64,000 nucleotides of DNA from NCBI GenBank assembly GCA_012516075.1, contig JAAYXE010000075.1, positions 1,860 through 65,859 on the forward strand, given 5' to 3'. Positions 19,323-28,319 of the stretch are shown piece by piece. Source of the stretch: Chloroflexota bacterium (lineage in GTDB: Bacteria; Chloroflexota; Anaerolineae; Anaerolineales; UBA4823). A program made the translations under genes and the position numbers. Position 1 is the first letter of the stretch. Each line of letters starts with the position of its first letter. The notes beneath the pieces were generated by a model. The model saw only the letters and a program-made list of their open reading frames with translations. It did no database searches and was not told the DNA's origin.

Positions 19323-20413
19323 CGCTTTGTGCTCGCTATGACTTCCTCGCAGATTTCCACGATCCTCGCTGCGTTTTTATAACCGTCGAATTTTTCCTCT
19401 ACCCGGCAGCGGCCTGCAGCGCCCATCTGCCGTCTTAAACGGTGGTCCTCCAGCAGGAGCTGTAGATGCGCCAGCAGCTGGTCCACATCACCCGCGGGGA
19501 TCAAGAAGCCCGTCTGGCCGTGCTTTACGATATCTGGCACTCCGCCCACCCCAACAGCAATCACCGGCAGTCCTACTGCGCTGGCTTCCACAACAGCGAT
19601 CCCGAATGCCTCGGCCTGTGTAGGGAGCACAAAAATATCTGCGCTCTGATACAGCGCGACCAGCTCACTGGAATTAGGCTGCAGGTTGTTGAACACCTGG
19701 ACTCCCTCTACGGCGGGGATCTGTGAGCGCGTGACCAGCAGCAGTTCGGCCTGCCCCGGCGGCAGGCGGCGGAAAGCATCCAGCAGGACGTGTCCCCCTT
19801 TGCGAGAAAAATCGCCGCCGACAAACAGAATGCGCAGGGGCTCAGAAGCCCGCCGCATCTCCGCTCTGCCATTTGGGCGCCAGAAGCTGGTGTCGACACC
19901 GGGTGGAATCACCTCAATCCGCTCAGGATCGACGCCGTAATCCTGCACCAGTGAGTCGCGCGCCCAGGTAGACCAGGGAATCACGCGCGCTGCATGGGTA
20001 AACAAGCGGCGGTTGACGCTGTCCTTAAATCGACGCACGATCGCCAGACGGTCCACCCTGTGACCATATACTGCGGCCATCGCGTCATACTGGATGGGGG
20101 TGATATCGGTGCTGAGGATATATGGTTTACGTTCCACAAGGCCCGGAGCGAAGGTGGCCGGCACCTGGGTGTTGAAAAAGGTCAGGTCCCCCCGGGTCTT
20201 CCGCAGGCCGCGGTTGACCTGCAGCCATCCGGCCGCCCGGCCGCGGACCTGCTTTAACCAGGGCCAGCGGTCAGAAAGTAAACCCGGTTCGGAATACGTG
20301 ACCTCCAGCCAGTGAGCCTGAACCCGCGGCGACTGGTCGATAAAGCGGCGCAGATTCAAATAAAACGCCCGGTGGCCGATATGTTGTTCCATGACGAAAG
20401 TGGCGTGAATCAT
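19319..20413 (-). CDS. glycosyltransferase family 4; paralog of 15428..16540
   Basis: 364 aa. ..LPTQAEAFGIAVVEASAVGLPVIAVGVGGVPDIVKHGQTGFL.. Confidence 0.8.
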   Translation of the reverse strand: MIHATFVMEQHIGHRAFYLNLRRFIDQSPRVQAHWLEVTYSEPGLLSDRWPWLKQVRGRAAGWLQVNRGLRKTRGDLTFFNTQVPATFAPGLVERKPYILSTDITPIQYDAMAAVYGHRVDRLAIVRRFKDSVNRRLFTHAARVIPWSTWARDSLVQDYGVDPERIEVIPPGVDTSFWRPNGRAEMRRASEPLRILFVGGDFSRKGGHVLLDAFRRLPPGQAELLLVTRSQIPAVEGVQVFNNLQPNSSELVALYQSADIFVLPTQAEAFGIAVVEASAVGLPVIAVGVGGVPDIVKHGQTGFLIPAGDVDQLLAHLQLLLEDHRLRRQMGAAGRCRVEEKFDGYKNAARIVEICEEVIASTKR

Positions 20414-21003
20414 GGGCCGTATAACAGACCATCCCCTTCAGCGGTCAGCTGGAGCTGGCGACCATCCTGCGAGCCGGATTTCACCACTCTTGCCGGTATA
20501 CCGACCACGGTCGCCCCGGCCGGAACGTCGTGCAGCACAACCGCATTGGCGCCTATGCGCGCATCGTCACCCACATGAATGCCGCCCAGCACACGCGCGC
20601 CTGCGCCAATAAAAACGTTATCGCCAATGGTTGGAAAATCCCATTCATTGCGCATCCCGATCGTCACGCTGGCGATCACGCTGCAGTTTCTGCCCATCTT
20701 TTTCACCGAGATCACCGTACCCGCCGGATGGGCAATGTACAGTCCCCCGCCAATATCCTGGCCAATGACCATTTCGAGGCCGTACAGGAACAGGATCATG
20801 CGCTGGAAAATTCCCGGCAGCAGGGGGATGCGCCGGTGCTGGAACCAGGAGCCTATACGAAAGAGAAGCATCGCCCGCAGCGGCAGGTGCCGCCATAGGG
20901 CAGCGAGTGTATTCTTCAGAGTAACTTCAGACGGATCTGCGATTTTAGAAGGGACGATCCAGCGCTGGACATCCTGTTTGAATAAATCCCACATGCGTTG
21001 CAC
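20410..21003 (-). CDS. serine-acetyltransferase-like hexapeptide O-acetyltransferase (polysaccharide type)
   Basis: 197 aa. ..GLYIAHPAGTVISVKKMGRNCSVIASVTIG...[49 protein letters not shown]. Confidence 0.75.
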   Translation of the reverse strand: MQRMWDLFKQDVQRWIVPSKIADPSEVTLKNTLAALWRHLPLRAMLLFRIGSWFQHRRIPLLPGIFQRMILFLYGLEMVIGQDIGGGLYIAHPAGTVISVKKMGRNCSVIASVTIGMRNEWDFPTIGDNVFIGAGARVLGGIHVGDDARIGANAVVLHDVPAGATVVGIPARVVKSGSQDGRQLQLTAEGDGLLYGP

Positions 21004-21021
21004 CTCTTACCGAATCACCGC

Positions 21022-22029
21022 TTATACCGCTCGCCCTTCAACTGCCGGGGCGCCGTTCTGCAGCAGCGCCAGGAAAGCGCCAGGGCCTCCCAATTCATGA
21101 GCTGCACCCTGGTAGTAGCGTAAGTTGAACAGCGCGCTGCAGGCGGCCAGCGAAATCCGCCCCAGCCCAAACCAGTGACCCCGGCGAATCAGCCCAGACA
21201 GGATCCGCTCACTCATCGAACTGACAACCGGCCTGCCGAGTGAGACACGCACAAGCGCCCGGGTGAGGAAATGCCTGGAGGCAAATTCCTGAGCCATGGC
21301 GGGGAGAATCCAGGAATGCCCTTTTTCGCGGGCGAAAATCACGTCATTGCGGCCATAAGCGAGGGGGATATCCAGCCAGGAAGTGAAACTGCGCTCCGGA
21401 TAATGGTAGCCTACTGCCTCAGGGTTAAAAACAAACGTTAGATCGAGCCCCTCCAGCCGGTAGGCCAGTTCAACGTCCTCGGCCCGCCGGAAGCGGGGGT
21501 CAAAACCTCCGCTGGCCAGCAAATAAGTGCGTTCGACGGATGTGTTACCCGTATAAAACTGCCGGGCAGTCGGCTGCCAGTGTCCGGCCAGCATGGCCTG
21601 GTACTGCTTCTCCAGCATCTTCTGCTCCCACTGCACCCAGGGAGTCATGCGAAAATCAGATGGAGACAGCATCGGCCCCAGCACAACGGTTTTTTCTCCC
21701 CTCGACGCATGACAGTGCTGGTGCGCAGAGATTAACCCGGGCGCCGGAACCACATCATCATCGATAAAAAGGATGTATTTTCCCCGCGCCTGTTCCACTC
21801 CCACGTTGCGGGCCGCTCCGGCCCCCTGGTTATGGATCGTAAAAAACCTGAGATTGAGCGTGGTGTGCAGATGCGCCAGGTATTCGTCTGTACCATCCGT
21901 TGAACCATCCGAGACGACGACGACTTCGAAGTCGGAAAGTGGAAAATCCTGCCTCTCCAGCCCGCGGATGACTGCCTTTAACCTTTCAACGCGGTTGTAA
22001 GTTGGGATGACGACACTGAACAACAGCAT
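21022..22029 (-). CDS. glycosyltransferase family 2
   Basis: ORF 21022..22185, but the first 52 codons overlap the upstream gene. The ATG at 22029 (MLLFSVVIPTYNRVERL...VVVVSDGSTDGT, IDDD) lies 9 nt past the upstream stop codon (22041-22043). Confidence 0.8.
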   Translation of the reverse strand: MLLFSVVIPTYNRVERLKAVIRGLERQDFPLSDFEVVVVSDGSTDGTDEYLAHLHTTLNLRFFTIHNQGAGAARNVGVEQARGKYILFIDDDVVPAPGLISAHQHCHASRGEKTVVLGPMLSPSDFRMTPWVQWEQKMLEKQYQAMLAGHWQPTARQFYTGNTSVERTYLLASGGFDPRFRRAEDVELAYRLEGLDLTFVFNPEAVGYHYPERSFTSWLDIPLAYGRNDVIFAREKGHSWILPAMAQEFASRHFLTRALVRVSLGRPVVSSMSERILSGLIRRGHWFGLGRISLAACSALFNLRYYQGAAHELGGPGAFLALLQNGAPAVEGRAV

Positions 22030-22040
22030 AAGCGGTACCG

Positions 22041-22586
22041 TTAGAGAGAGCGAATCACCCGGGCGGGGACACCTGCTGCCAGAGTCATGGGCGGTATATT
22101 TTTCGTGACCACGCTGCCGGCGCCCACCACGCTGCCGGCACCAATCGTTACGCCTGGTAATACAATCACCCGGGCGCCAAGCCACACATTTTCTTCCAGA
22201 ACCACAGGAGCCGATTCAGGGCGCTCATGTCTGCGGTCTGGTTCCAGGCGGTGAAAGTTGTTATCCATGAGGATGGTGTAATTACCGATGTTGCAGTTGG
22301 GCCCAATTTGAATCGCACAGGTCACGCCGATGGAGCATCCGTAGTTGATAAACGTACTGGCCCCAATTTCGAGCTGCCCTCCTGGCTCAATGACCATCTC
22401 GACCGGCACCGGGGACGACTGCACCCGGACGCGCTCTCCAATAATCAGTTCTCCTTCGTTTTGAATAAACGCTCTCCCCCACAGGCGAACGCGAGAGCCC
22501 ACATAACTCGCATTCCGAAAATACCAGCGTGCTCGCAGTACAGCAAAAAAATGGGAAAGAGTCGTGCTGTTAATTGTTTTCATCAT
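22041..22586 (-). CDS. hexapeptide-repeat (LbH) acyl/acetyltransferase
   Basis: 181 aa. ..IGPNCNIGNYTILMDNNFH...VVLEENVWLGARVIVLPGVTIGAGSVVGAGSVVTKNIPPMTLAAGVPARVI. Confidence 0.75.
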   Translation of the reverse strand: MMKTINSTTLSHFFAVLRARWYFRNASYVGSRVRLWGRAFIQNEGELIIGERVRVQSSPVPVEMVIEPGGQLEIGASTFINYGCSIGVTCAIQIGPNCNIGNYTILMDNNFHRLEPDRRHERPESAPVVLEENVWLGARVIVLPGVTIGAGSVVGAGSVVTKNIPPMTLAAGVPARVIRSL

Positions 22587-23176
22587 CCCCCTGCCCGATT
22601 ACTGTCTCGACATTCGTCATCATCCAGGCGGCGGATGACTCTGGCCGGAGATCCGGCTACAACGCAGTTTTCATCCACCGGCCGGGTAACCACTGCTCCG
22701 GCGGCCACAATGGAACCGCTGCCAATGGTAACGCCCGGTAAAATGACGCTTCTGGCTCCAATCCAGACCCCATCTCCGATCACAACCGGCTCAGCGTACA
22801 TCTCGCCTGCCCGGCTTTGCGCACCGCCGATACGGTGCGTACTGGTAATCAGCATCACCTGCGGACCGACTGCCACATGCTCTCCGATCGTGATCGATGC
22901 GTTAAGATCCAGAAAGCATTGAATATTGAACCAGGAGGCACGGCCAACGGTCAGTCTCTTGAACATGCCCGGCCCCCCGATGAAGGTGGGCATGTCGCAA
23001 AAAAAGACGCCTTTCTCGAGGCGAAAGCCGGCCAGACGCAGTACTGCTGCCCGCAGCCTGCCACCGACATATGGGGGCAGCGGCGCAGTGAGCAGTCGGG
23101 CAAAGAGCAGGCGGGGATTATAGCCAGACAGCTCCTCATAACCTACCTGACCTAATTTTTGCAGTGCTCGATCCAC
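22583..23176 (-). CDS. hexapeptide-repeat (LbH) acyl/acetyltransferase (WcaF-like)
   Basis: 197 aa. ..ITIGEHVAVGPQVMLITSTH...VVIGDGVWIGARSVILPGVTIGSGSIVAAGAVVTRPVDENCVVAGSPARVI. Confidence 0.75.
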   Translation of the reverse strand: MDRALQKLGQVGYEELSGYNPRLLFARLLTAPLPPYVGGRLRAAVLRLAGFRLEKGVFFCDMPTFIGGPGMFKRLTVGRASWFNIQCFLDLNASITIGEHVAVGPQVMLITSTHRIGGAQSRAGEMYAEPVVIGDGVWIGARSVILPGVTIGSGSIVAAGAVVTRPVDENCVVAGSPARVIRRLDDDECRDSNRAGG

Positions 23177-23197
23177 TTCGTCTAACCCCTTAATAGT

Positions 23198-24742
23198 TCA
23201 ATGAGCAGACGTACCGGAATACAGCCAGGGCCATCGCAGCGCGCCGCCTTCCCGGGATGGCAGCAGGTCGAGATACTCGATCCGGCTGATCAGGCCCATC
23301 ATTGCACCTGTATACACCATACTCTGCATGTCCCAGGCGATGTCCACATAAGTATAGGTAAAGTGCATTACCAGGTAGAGCGTGGCAGTAGCGGCAATCG
23401 CGCGCAGGTCGGGATGGCGAACCCGGTTTACAGCCTGAGCCCCCAGCAGGATGCTGAAACCAACCATAAACAGCATCGCCATAAAGCCGCCGATCCCGGT
23501 CTTCAGCCAGATCCAGATGATCGAGTTATGCGGAAAATACTCCCACCAGGTGAAGAAGCTGATATCTGCCATGGGGACGATGATGTAGAATTTCTGGCCA
23601 AAACCCACCCCGGTGAGCGGCTTCTGGTGAACGGTGAAACCGGTGTTTATATTTTCAATTTCCCGGTAGATATTCGAAGACTGGTCGGCTGAACTGGCCT
23701 GTTCGGGGGCGATGATGGATTTCACCGCCTGGGCCGGCAGGCCCAGCGCTCCTCCGGAGTTCCAGAAGACGACCAGATAAGCGATTGCTGCAACGGCTGC
23801 CAGCGGCGCCACCAGCCAGAAAAGCCGCGGCTTTTCCCGGTAGAGGATCAGAAACAGGAGCACCAGAGCGAGCGCCAGCGTGATGAATGCGGCTCTGCGC
23901 TGTGCCGCCAGGTAAGGGATTACGAGCACGGCTGCTGCCAGCGGCAGGACCAGCTTTTTACCAGGAGACGTCTTCATCATCCAGGCTGCCAGCATGAACA
24001 CAAAGACGGTGTTCATGTGAATGGCTGCGCTGTGTTCTGTGATCGTATCAACCCCTGCCAGGCTCGCATTCAAGGTGAAAAAAAAGTGATATAAGCCCAC
24101 CAGCCCTTCTACCACCAGGGCCAGGATCGCCGCCCACATCAGGTGATTGGCATGCTCGCGCCGCTCGAGCAGGTTCGTCGATAGAACCAGCATGGCAAAC
24201 AAATAAAAGATGGGGCGCACTTCCCAGAGAGCAACATTCGGATTGCCGCCTGTCCCGATCCCATATACCAGACCCAGCCCTACGAAGACCATAAAAACCA
24301 CCGCGGGCCAGAACAGCGGCCCGGTGAAGAAGGCAGTTTTTCGCTGCATGGCGCCGCGCCCCCACCAGGAGATAAACAGCAGGATGAGGTAAGTTTCCAG
24401 AGGGTTGATGATCAGGGCATCATCCAGGTAGAGCAGCGATTCCTGGCTGGAAAAATTCTTGACAAACGGGTACCAGGGCAGCAGTGTGGAATCCCCCACC
24501 AGGGTGAGGAAAACCGTCAGATACAGCCCAACCCGGGGCTGGTAAAGGATCAGCGCCGCTCCGCACAGGTACAGCAGCCAGCCGATCCAGGCCGGGTCGG
24601 GGCCAGCAGAGATCAGGATCAGGCTGAGCAGCAGCGCAGTTCCGATCACCGCGCCAAACCACAACAGCCAGAGGGTAGACTGCCGTTTCTGCCGTTGACT
24701 GGCCAGGTATGAAGCTGGAACAGGGAGGAATTGATCGAGCAT
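23198..24742 (-). CDS. O-antigen ligase/polymerase-family membrane protein (Wzy-like)
   Basis: 514 aa with more than 10 predicted TM segments and a large loop. Sits beside Wzx/Wzz genes. Assignment is by architecture and context. Confidence 0.6.
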   Translation of the reverse strand: MLDQFLPVPASYLASQRQKRQSTLWLLWFGAVIGTALLLSLILISAGPDPAWIGWLLYLCGAALILYQPRVGLYLTVFLTLVGDSTLLPWYPFVKNFSSQESLLYLDDALIINPLETYLILLFISWWGRGAMQRKTAFFTGPLFWPAVVFMVFVGLGLVYGIGTGGNPNVALWEVRPIFYLFAMLVLSTNLLERREHANHLMWAAILALVVEGLVGLYHFFFTLNASLAGVDTITEHSAAIHMNTVFVFMLAAWMMKTSPGKKLVLPLAAAVLVIPYLAAQRRAAFITLALALVLLFLILYREKPRLFWLVAPLAAVAAIAYLVVFWNSGGALGLPAQAVKSIIAPEQASSADQSSNIYREIENINTGFTVHQKPLTGVGFGQKFYIIVPMADISFFTWWEYFPHNSIIWIWLKTGIGGFMAMLFMVGFSILLGAQAVNRVRHPDLRAIAATATLYLVMHFTYTYVDIAWDMQSMVYTGAMMGLISRIEYLDLLPSREGGALRWPWLYSGTSAH

Positions 24743-24948
24743 ATTAAAAAAACCGGTAAATTTCCTGGGATCAGCGGACTGCTGTTAGATCTGGTTCAAA
24801 AAGTAATAAGCAAACACCAGCAGCAGGCAGAGCAGCAGGAGGAGGAAGACTTTCCATTTCATCTGCATCCGCGGTTTAAAGAAGCCGGCACCAAAACTGA
24901 GAAAGAGGAACAGCACAAATAATTCCATTGATATGATCCCCGGCGCGC

Positions 24949-25662
24949 CTAGCGGTCCGCAAACAGGCGGACGAGCGGCCCGGGTGTGGAGATCCTTACC
25001 CGATTAAGAATCACACCTGCCAGCGGAAGGTGCTGGATCTTATCCAGAGCCGGGCGTACATCCTCAATCCCGGTCACGCCCTGACGCACAACCAGGCAGG
25101 TCATTGTCCCGTTGGATGCCAGTGGGACTGCGTCGCTCGTGGCCAGCAGAGCCGGGATATCCAGAATCAGATGGTCAAACTGTGACGCTAATTCGTCCAG
25201 AACGTCCCTCAATCCCTGGCTTCTGGCCACAACCGGACGCTCATACTGCTCCAGCCGGCCTGCAGGAAGGATGGACAGCTGCGGCCACCCGCTGTAAACC
25301 AGAGCTTCATCCAGAGGCAGTTTCCCATTCAACACCGCGGCCAGCCCGCCGCGCGCATCAGCCATCCGGAGATGATCAGATGGCCACCACCAGTTCAGAT
25401 CTACCAGGCAAACTTTGGTCCCATAATCATGCGCTATCAGCGCAGCCAGCGCCTGAGAGATAAACGTTACGCCCTCTTCGCGCAGAGCAGCCACCACAGA
25501 AAGGCGCTCTGGAAGCATTCCATTCCGGCCAAGCTGTGCAAGCATCTGCCGCAGACTTTCTGCTGCTGAATCCGGCACGTCGATCAATGGTTCCGCCTCC
25601 AGCATCGACAGCCTCAGATCCGTCAATGGATCATCCTGTTGTTCTTTCGTGTTTTCCCACAT
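24949..25662 (-). CDS. CpsD/BY-kinase-like P-loop ATPase homolog with degenerate Walker A and no Tyr cluster
   Basis: 237 aa. Where the Walker A is expected it reads VVAALREEGVTFISQALA (Lys replaced by Val). Walker A'-like KVCLVDLN and Walker B-like HLILDIPAL are kept. The C-terminus (..STPGPLVRLFADR) has no tyrosines. Confidence 0.6.
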   Translation of the reverse strand: MWENTKEQQDDPLTDLRLSMLEAEPLIDVPDSAAESLRQMLAQLGRNGMLPERLSVVAALREEGVTFISQALAALIAHDYGTKVCLVDLNWWWPSDHLRMADARGGLAAVLNGKLPLDEALVYSGWPQLSILPAGRLEQYERPVVARSQGLRDVLDELASQFDHLILDIPALLATSDAVPLASNGTMTCLVVRQGVTGIEDVRPALDKIQHLPLAGVILNRVRISTPGPLVRLFADR

Positions 25663-25664
25663 AC

Positions 25665-27164
25665 TTACCCCTTTTCACCGGCGCCTGCCGGCTGGATCTT
25701 ACGACTGAAAATGCGCTGAACTGCTTCCTGCACCAGGCCTTTCAGCAGTGCGAAATCGTCTGCAGGGATTACCCGCAGAAGCAGGATCAGGCTTATATAT
25801 GAAACTGCACCCACGGTGATGGGAATCAGGATGAAGTGCTGGCGGAACAACCATGTGACCGCAAACATCCCTGCCCCGGCCAGAAAAATGCGCAGCGCCT
25901 GCCATGCACTTCTAAGATTTATTCCTTCATTGCCCACCAGCTTCAACCCGTAAAGCATCATGCCCAGTTCTGTGATGAAAAAGGCGGCCGCACCCCCGAC
26001 AGCCCCGTTGTTGAAGACGGCCTGACACCAGGGGATCAGAAATAGATCCAGGGGGATGGTAACGAGGGTCGCCACAGCCATCACCCACACCCATTGCTGC
26101 TGCCGGTCCGTTGAGATCAGGTAGTAACTGATCAAAGTGTTCTGGTAGGTGAAAACCAGCACGATTCCCAATACCATCAATACCTGACCAGTGGGAGCAA
26201 ACTCTGGCCCAAAGAGAAGCACGACAAACGGTTCGGCAATGGCGATCATTCCCAAGCCAATTGGCATGCTCAACAGCAGTAAAAAGCTGGCGCTCTTCTG
26301 CGCAATTTTCACCAGTGCCTGCGGATCGCTGGTAAACAGACGAGACAGGACCGGGAAAACAGCGGTGATAAAGGCCGTGGGAATGAACAGCAGCGTGCCA
26401 AACAACTGCTCGGCGGTTCCATACCAGCCAATGCTGCTCTCATTGGCCAGGAGTGAAAGCAGGATTACATCCACCTGCTGGTAGATCACCACCAGGCCGC
26501 CAACCAGCAGATAGGGAAAGCCGGCCTGCAGCATCCAGATTCCGAGCCGCCAGTTGATCTGCAGCCGGAAAGGCTGGATCTTATGGATCGTGGAAAGCAG
26601 ATAGAAGAGCTGAAGCGAAGCGGACACCAGCGCCACTGAAGCGATGACCAGCACTCCCATATCCAGAAACAGGGCGCCCAGGGTCAACACCGTCAGGATC
26701 AGTTTGCCGGCCACTTTCCCCACAGAGAGGACATCTGCTTTCTCCAGGCCCATTAAACTGGCTTCTGCGCCGCTGATCGCGCCAAAAACCAGCATCGCCA
26801 GGCCGGTGATGGCAATGATGGAGATGGTATCTGCAGGGTAACCGGCAAAATGTACATAGGCTGCCGTGACGACCGCACCCAGCACGTAAAGCAGGGAGCG
26901 CAGAATCAGGTTGGTTCCCAGCAGCTCTGACAACCTCTGGGGAGCGCGCGCAATCTCCTTGGTCATCAGCGTATCCATACCAAAACCGGCCAGCATAGAG
27001 ACGATCGCCCAGATGGAATTCGCCAGGTGCAGCTTACCCACGATTCCCGCCCCCAGGTAGCGGGGCAGGAAAACGGTCATCAGGAGCGTAAGTGCCCAGG
27101 TGATTACCTGGGAAACCAGCAGGATCCCGGTGTTTTTAGCGATAGTCTGACCAGAGGTGCTCAT
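25665..27164 (-). CDS. wzx: Wzx-type polysaccharide flippase (MOP superfamily)
   Basis: 499 aa, about 14 TM segments. N-terminus ..IAKNTGILLVSQVITWALTLLMTVFLPRYLGAGIVGKL.. is typical of polysaccharide biosynthesis protein/RfbX. Confidence 0.8.
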   Translation of the reverse strand: MSTSGQTIAKNTGILLVSQVITWALTLLMTVFLPRYLGAGIVGKLHLANSIWAIVSMLAGFGMDTLMTKEIARAPQRLSELLGTNLILRSLLYVLGAVVTAAYVHFAGYPADTISIIAITGLAMLVFGAISGAEASLMGLEKADVLSVGKVAGKLILTVLTLGALFLDMGVLVIASVALVSASLQLFYLLSTIHKIQPFRLQINWRLGIWMLQAGFPYLLVGGLVVIYQQVDVILLSLLANESSIGWYGTAEQLFGTLLFIPTAFITAVFPVLSRLFTSDPQALVKIAQKSASFLLLLSMPIGLGMIAIAEPFVVLLFGPEFAPTGQVLMVLGIVLVFTYQNTLISYYLISTDRQQQWVWVMAVATLVTIPLDLFLIPWCQAVFNNGAVGGAAAFFITELGMMLYGLKLVGNEGINLRSAWQALRIFLAGAGMFAVTWLFRQHFILIPITVGAVSYISLILLLRVIPADDFALLKGLVQEAVQRIFSRKIQPAGAGEKG

Positions 27165-28276
27165 GGAACCGGGTTTGCCTGCTTTCCAGCTTCCTGCGTA
27201 TACGACAGGGCTGCTTCCGCATTCGGGGGCAGCAGAGGTTCATCTTCCCTGGCAGCCTGTTTATCTGGCCGCTTCCTGCGCCAGAAACGTCGCCGGGCCG
27301 GCTGAGAGAGGTCCGGAACTACGGCCAGAACGGGCAGGCCTGTCCAGTTCTGCACATCCAGCGGGAAACGGAACGTACGATCCAGCAGCGCTCCACCGGC
27401 CACAGCGATCAGGCTGAGCAGTCCACCGGAGGCGACAAATATTCCCAGCGTCATGGCCAGCTTTTTCTTCGAGCGATCCGGTTTCATGGGAACCTTAGGC
27501 GCATCGATTAAGACATACGACTGGCTGGTATCACTTTCGATCTGGGCCATGGCCAGCTGTGCATCTTCTTCCTTCTCCACAGCGCTGGTATAGCGCGCGG
27601 CAATCATGTCAATTTCATTTTCCAGGCGCCGGATTTCAATCTGTTCCACAACCGGCCGCTCGCCGCGCAGCGGTTCGGGATGAGCAGTTAAATAATCCAC
27701 CAGCTTCTGGTGCGCTGTATCCAGCTCCGCTTTATAGGCAACGATTAACTGACTGAAGAAAGCCTGGGCGGCTTCACTCTCCGCGCGCTGAGAGTTGATT
27801 TTCCACTGCACGTACCCCTGGATTACGGCATTGGCAAGCTGAGAGGCGATTACCGGATCCTCATGTGCTGCGTTTATCTGAACCTGGCTTTCCCCCAGGG
27901 GCACAGCCCACAGGTTTTTCCGCGTGGCTTCGATGACATCTTCGACAACCTGTGGACCGCCATCCATTTCCTTTTCCAGGTCTGTGTTCTGAATCACTGC
28001 ACGGATAAAGGCATCGGTCTGCAGCAGTTCATTAACGTCATTTGCCGTGGCCTGTGCAGGGGTTGACCACCAGTTGGTGTTTTCCGGGCCGATAGAATTC
28101 AGTGCAGCCAGAAAGGATTCAGCCTGTACGTAAACCACACCTTTGGCGGCATATTTGGGTTTATCAACCAGGAGGAAAACAACTCCGGCTGCCGTCATCA
28201 GCACGATGGGCAGGAGATACAGCCAGCGATGGCGGAAATAGCTTTCTAATAAACGCAGCGCTACCAGTTTGAACAT
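27161..28276 (-). CDS. wzz: Wzz/GumC-type polysaccharide co-polymerase (chain-length determinant), no kinase domain
   Basis: 371 aa. N-terminal TM, coiled-coil-rich periplasmic part, second TM (LAMTLGIFVASGGLLSLIAVAGGALL). Confidence 0.7.
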   Translation of the reverse strand: MFKLVALRLLESYFRHRWLYLLPIVLMTAAGVVFLLVDKPKYAAKGVVYVQAESFLAALNSIGPENTNWWSTPAQATANDVNELLQTDAFIRAVIQNTDLEKEMDGGPQVVEDVIEATRKNLWAVPLGESQVQINAAHEDPVIASQLANAVIQGYVQWKINSQRAESEAAQAFFSQLIVAYKAELDTAHQKLVDYLTAHPEPLRGERPVVEQIEIRRLENEIDMIAARYTSAVEKEEDAQLAMAQIESDTSQSYVLIDAPKVPMKPDRSKKKLAMTLGIFVASGGLLSLIAVAGGALLDRTFRFPLDVQNWTGLPVLAVVPDLSQPARRRFWRRKRPDKQAAREDEPLLPPNAEAALSYTQEAGKQANPVP

Positions 28277-28319
28277 GAATGCTCCTTACCTGAAATACCC
28301 TTCTCTGCCTGGGGCCGCT

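Noticed and set aside
22030-22185. N-terminal extensions of several track ORFs: 21022..22185, 38680..40311, 53206..54309, 60104..61486, 3833..4744, 47838..49493.
   Set aside because: The extensions overlap the preceding gene by 35-110 nt and encode Arg-rich junk. In each case an internal start lies right after the upstream stop, or matches the family N-terminus.
24731-24922. 63-aa plus-strand ORF in the AT-richer gap between the Wzy and kinase-like genes. I also considered a small hydrophobic minus-strand ORF starting at 24928.
   Set aside because: The plus-strand ORF is highly charged, overlaps the Wzy start and has no SD. Careful re-reading shows the minus-strand candidate stops after 17 codons (MELFVLFLFPQFWCRLL).
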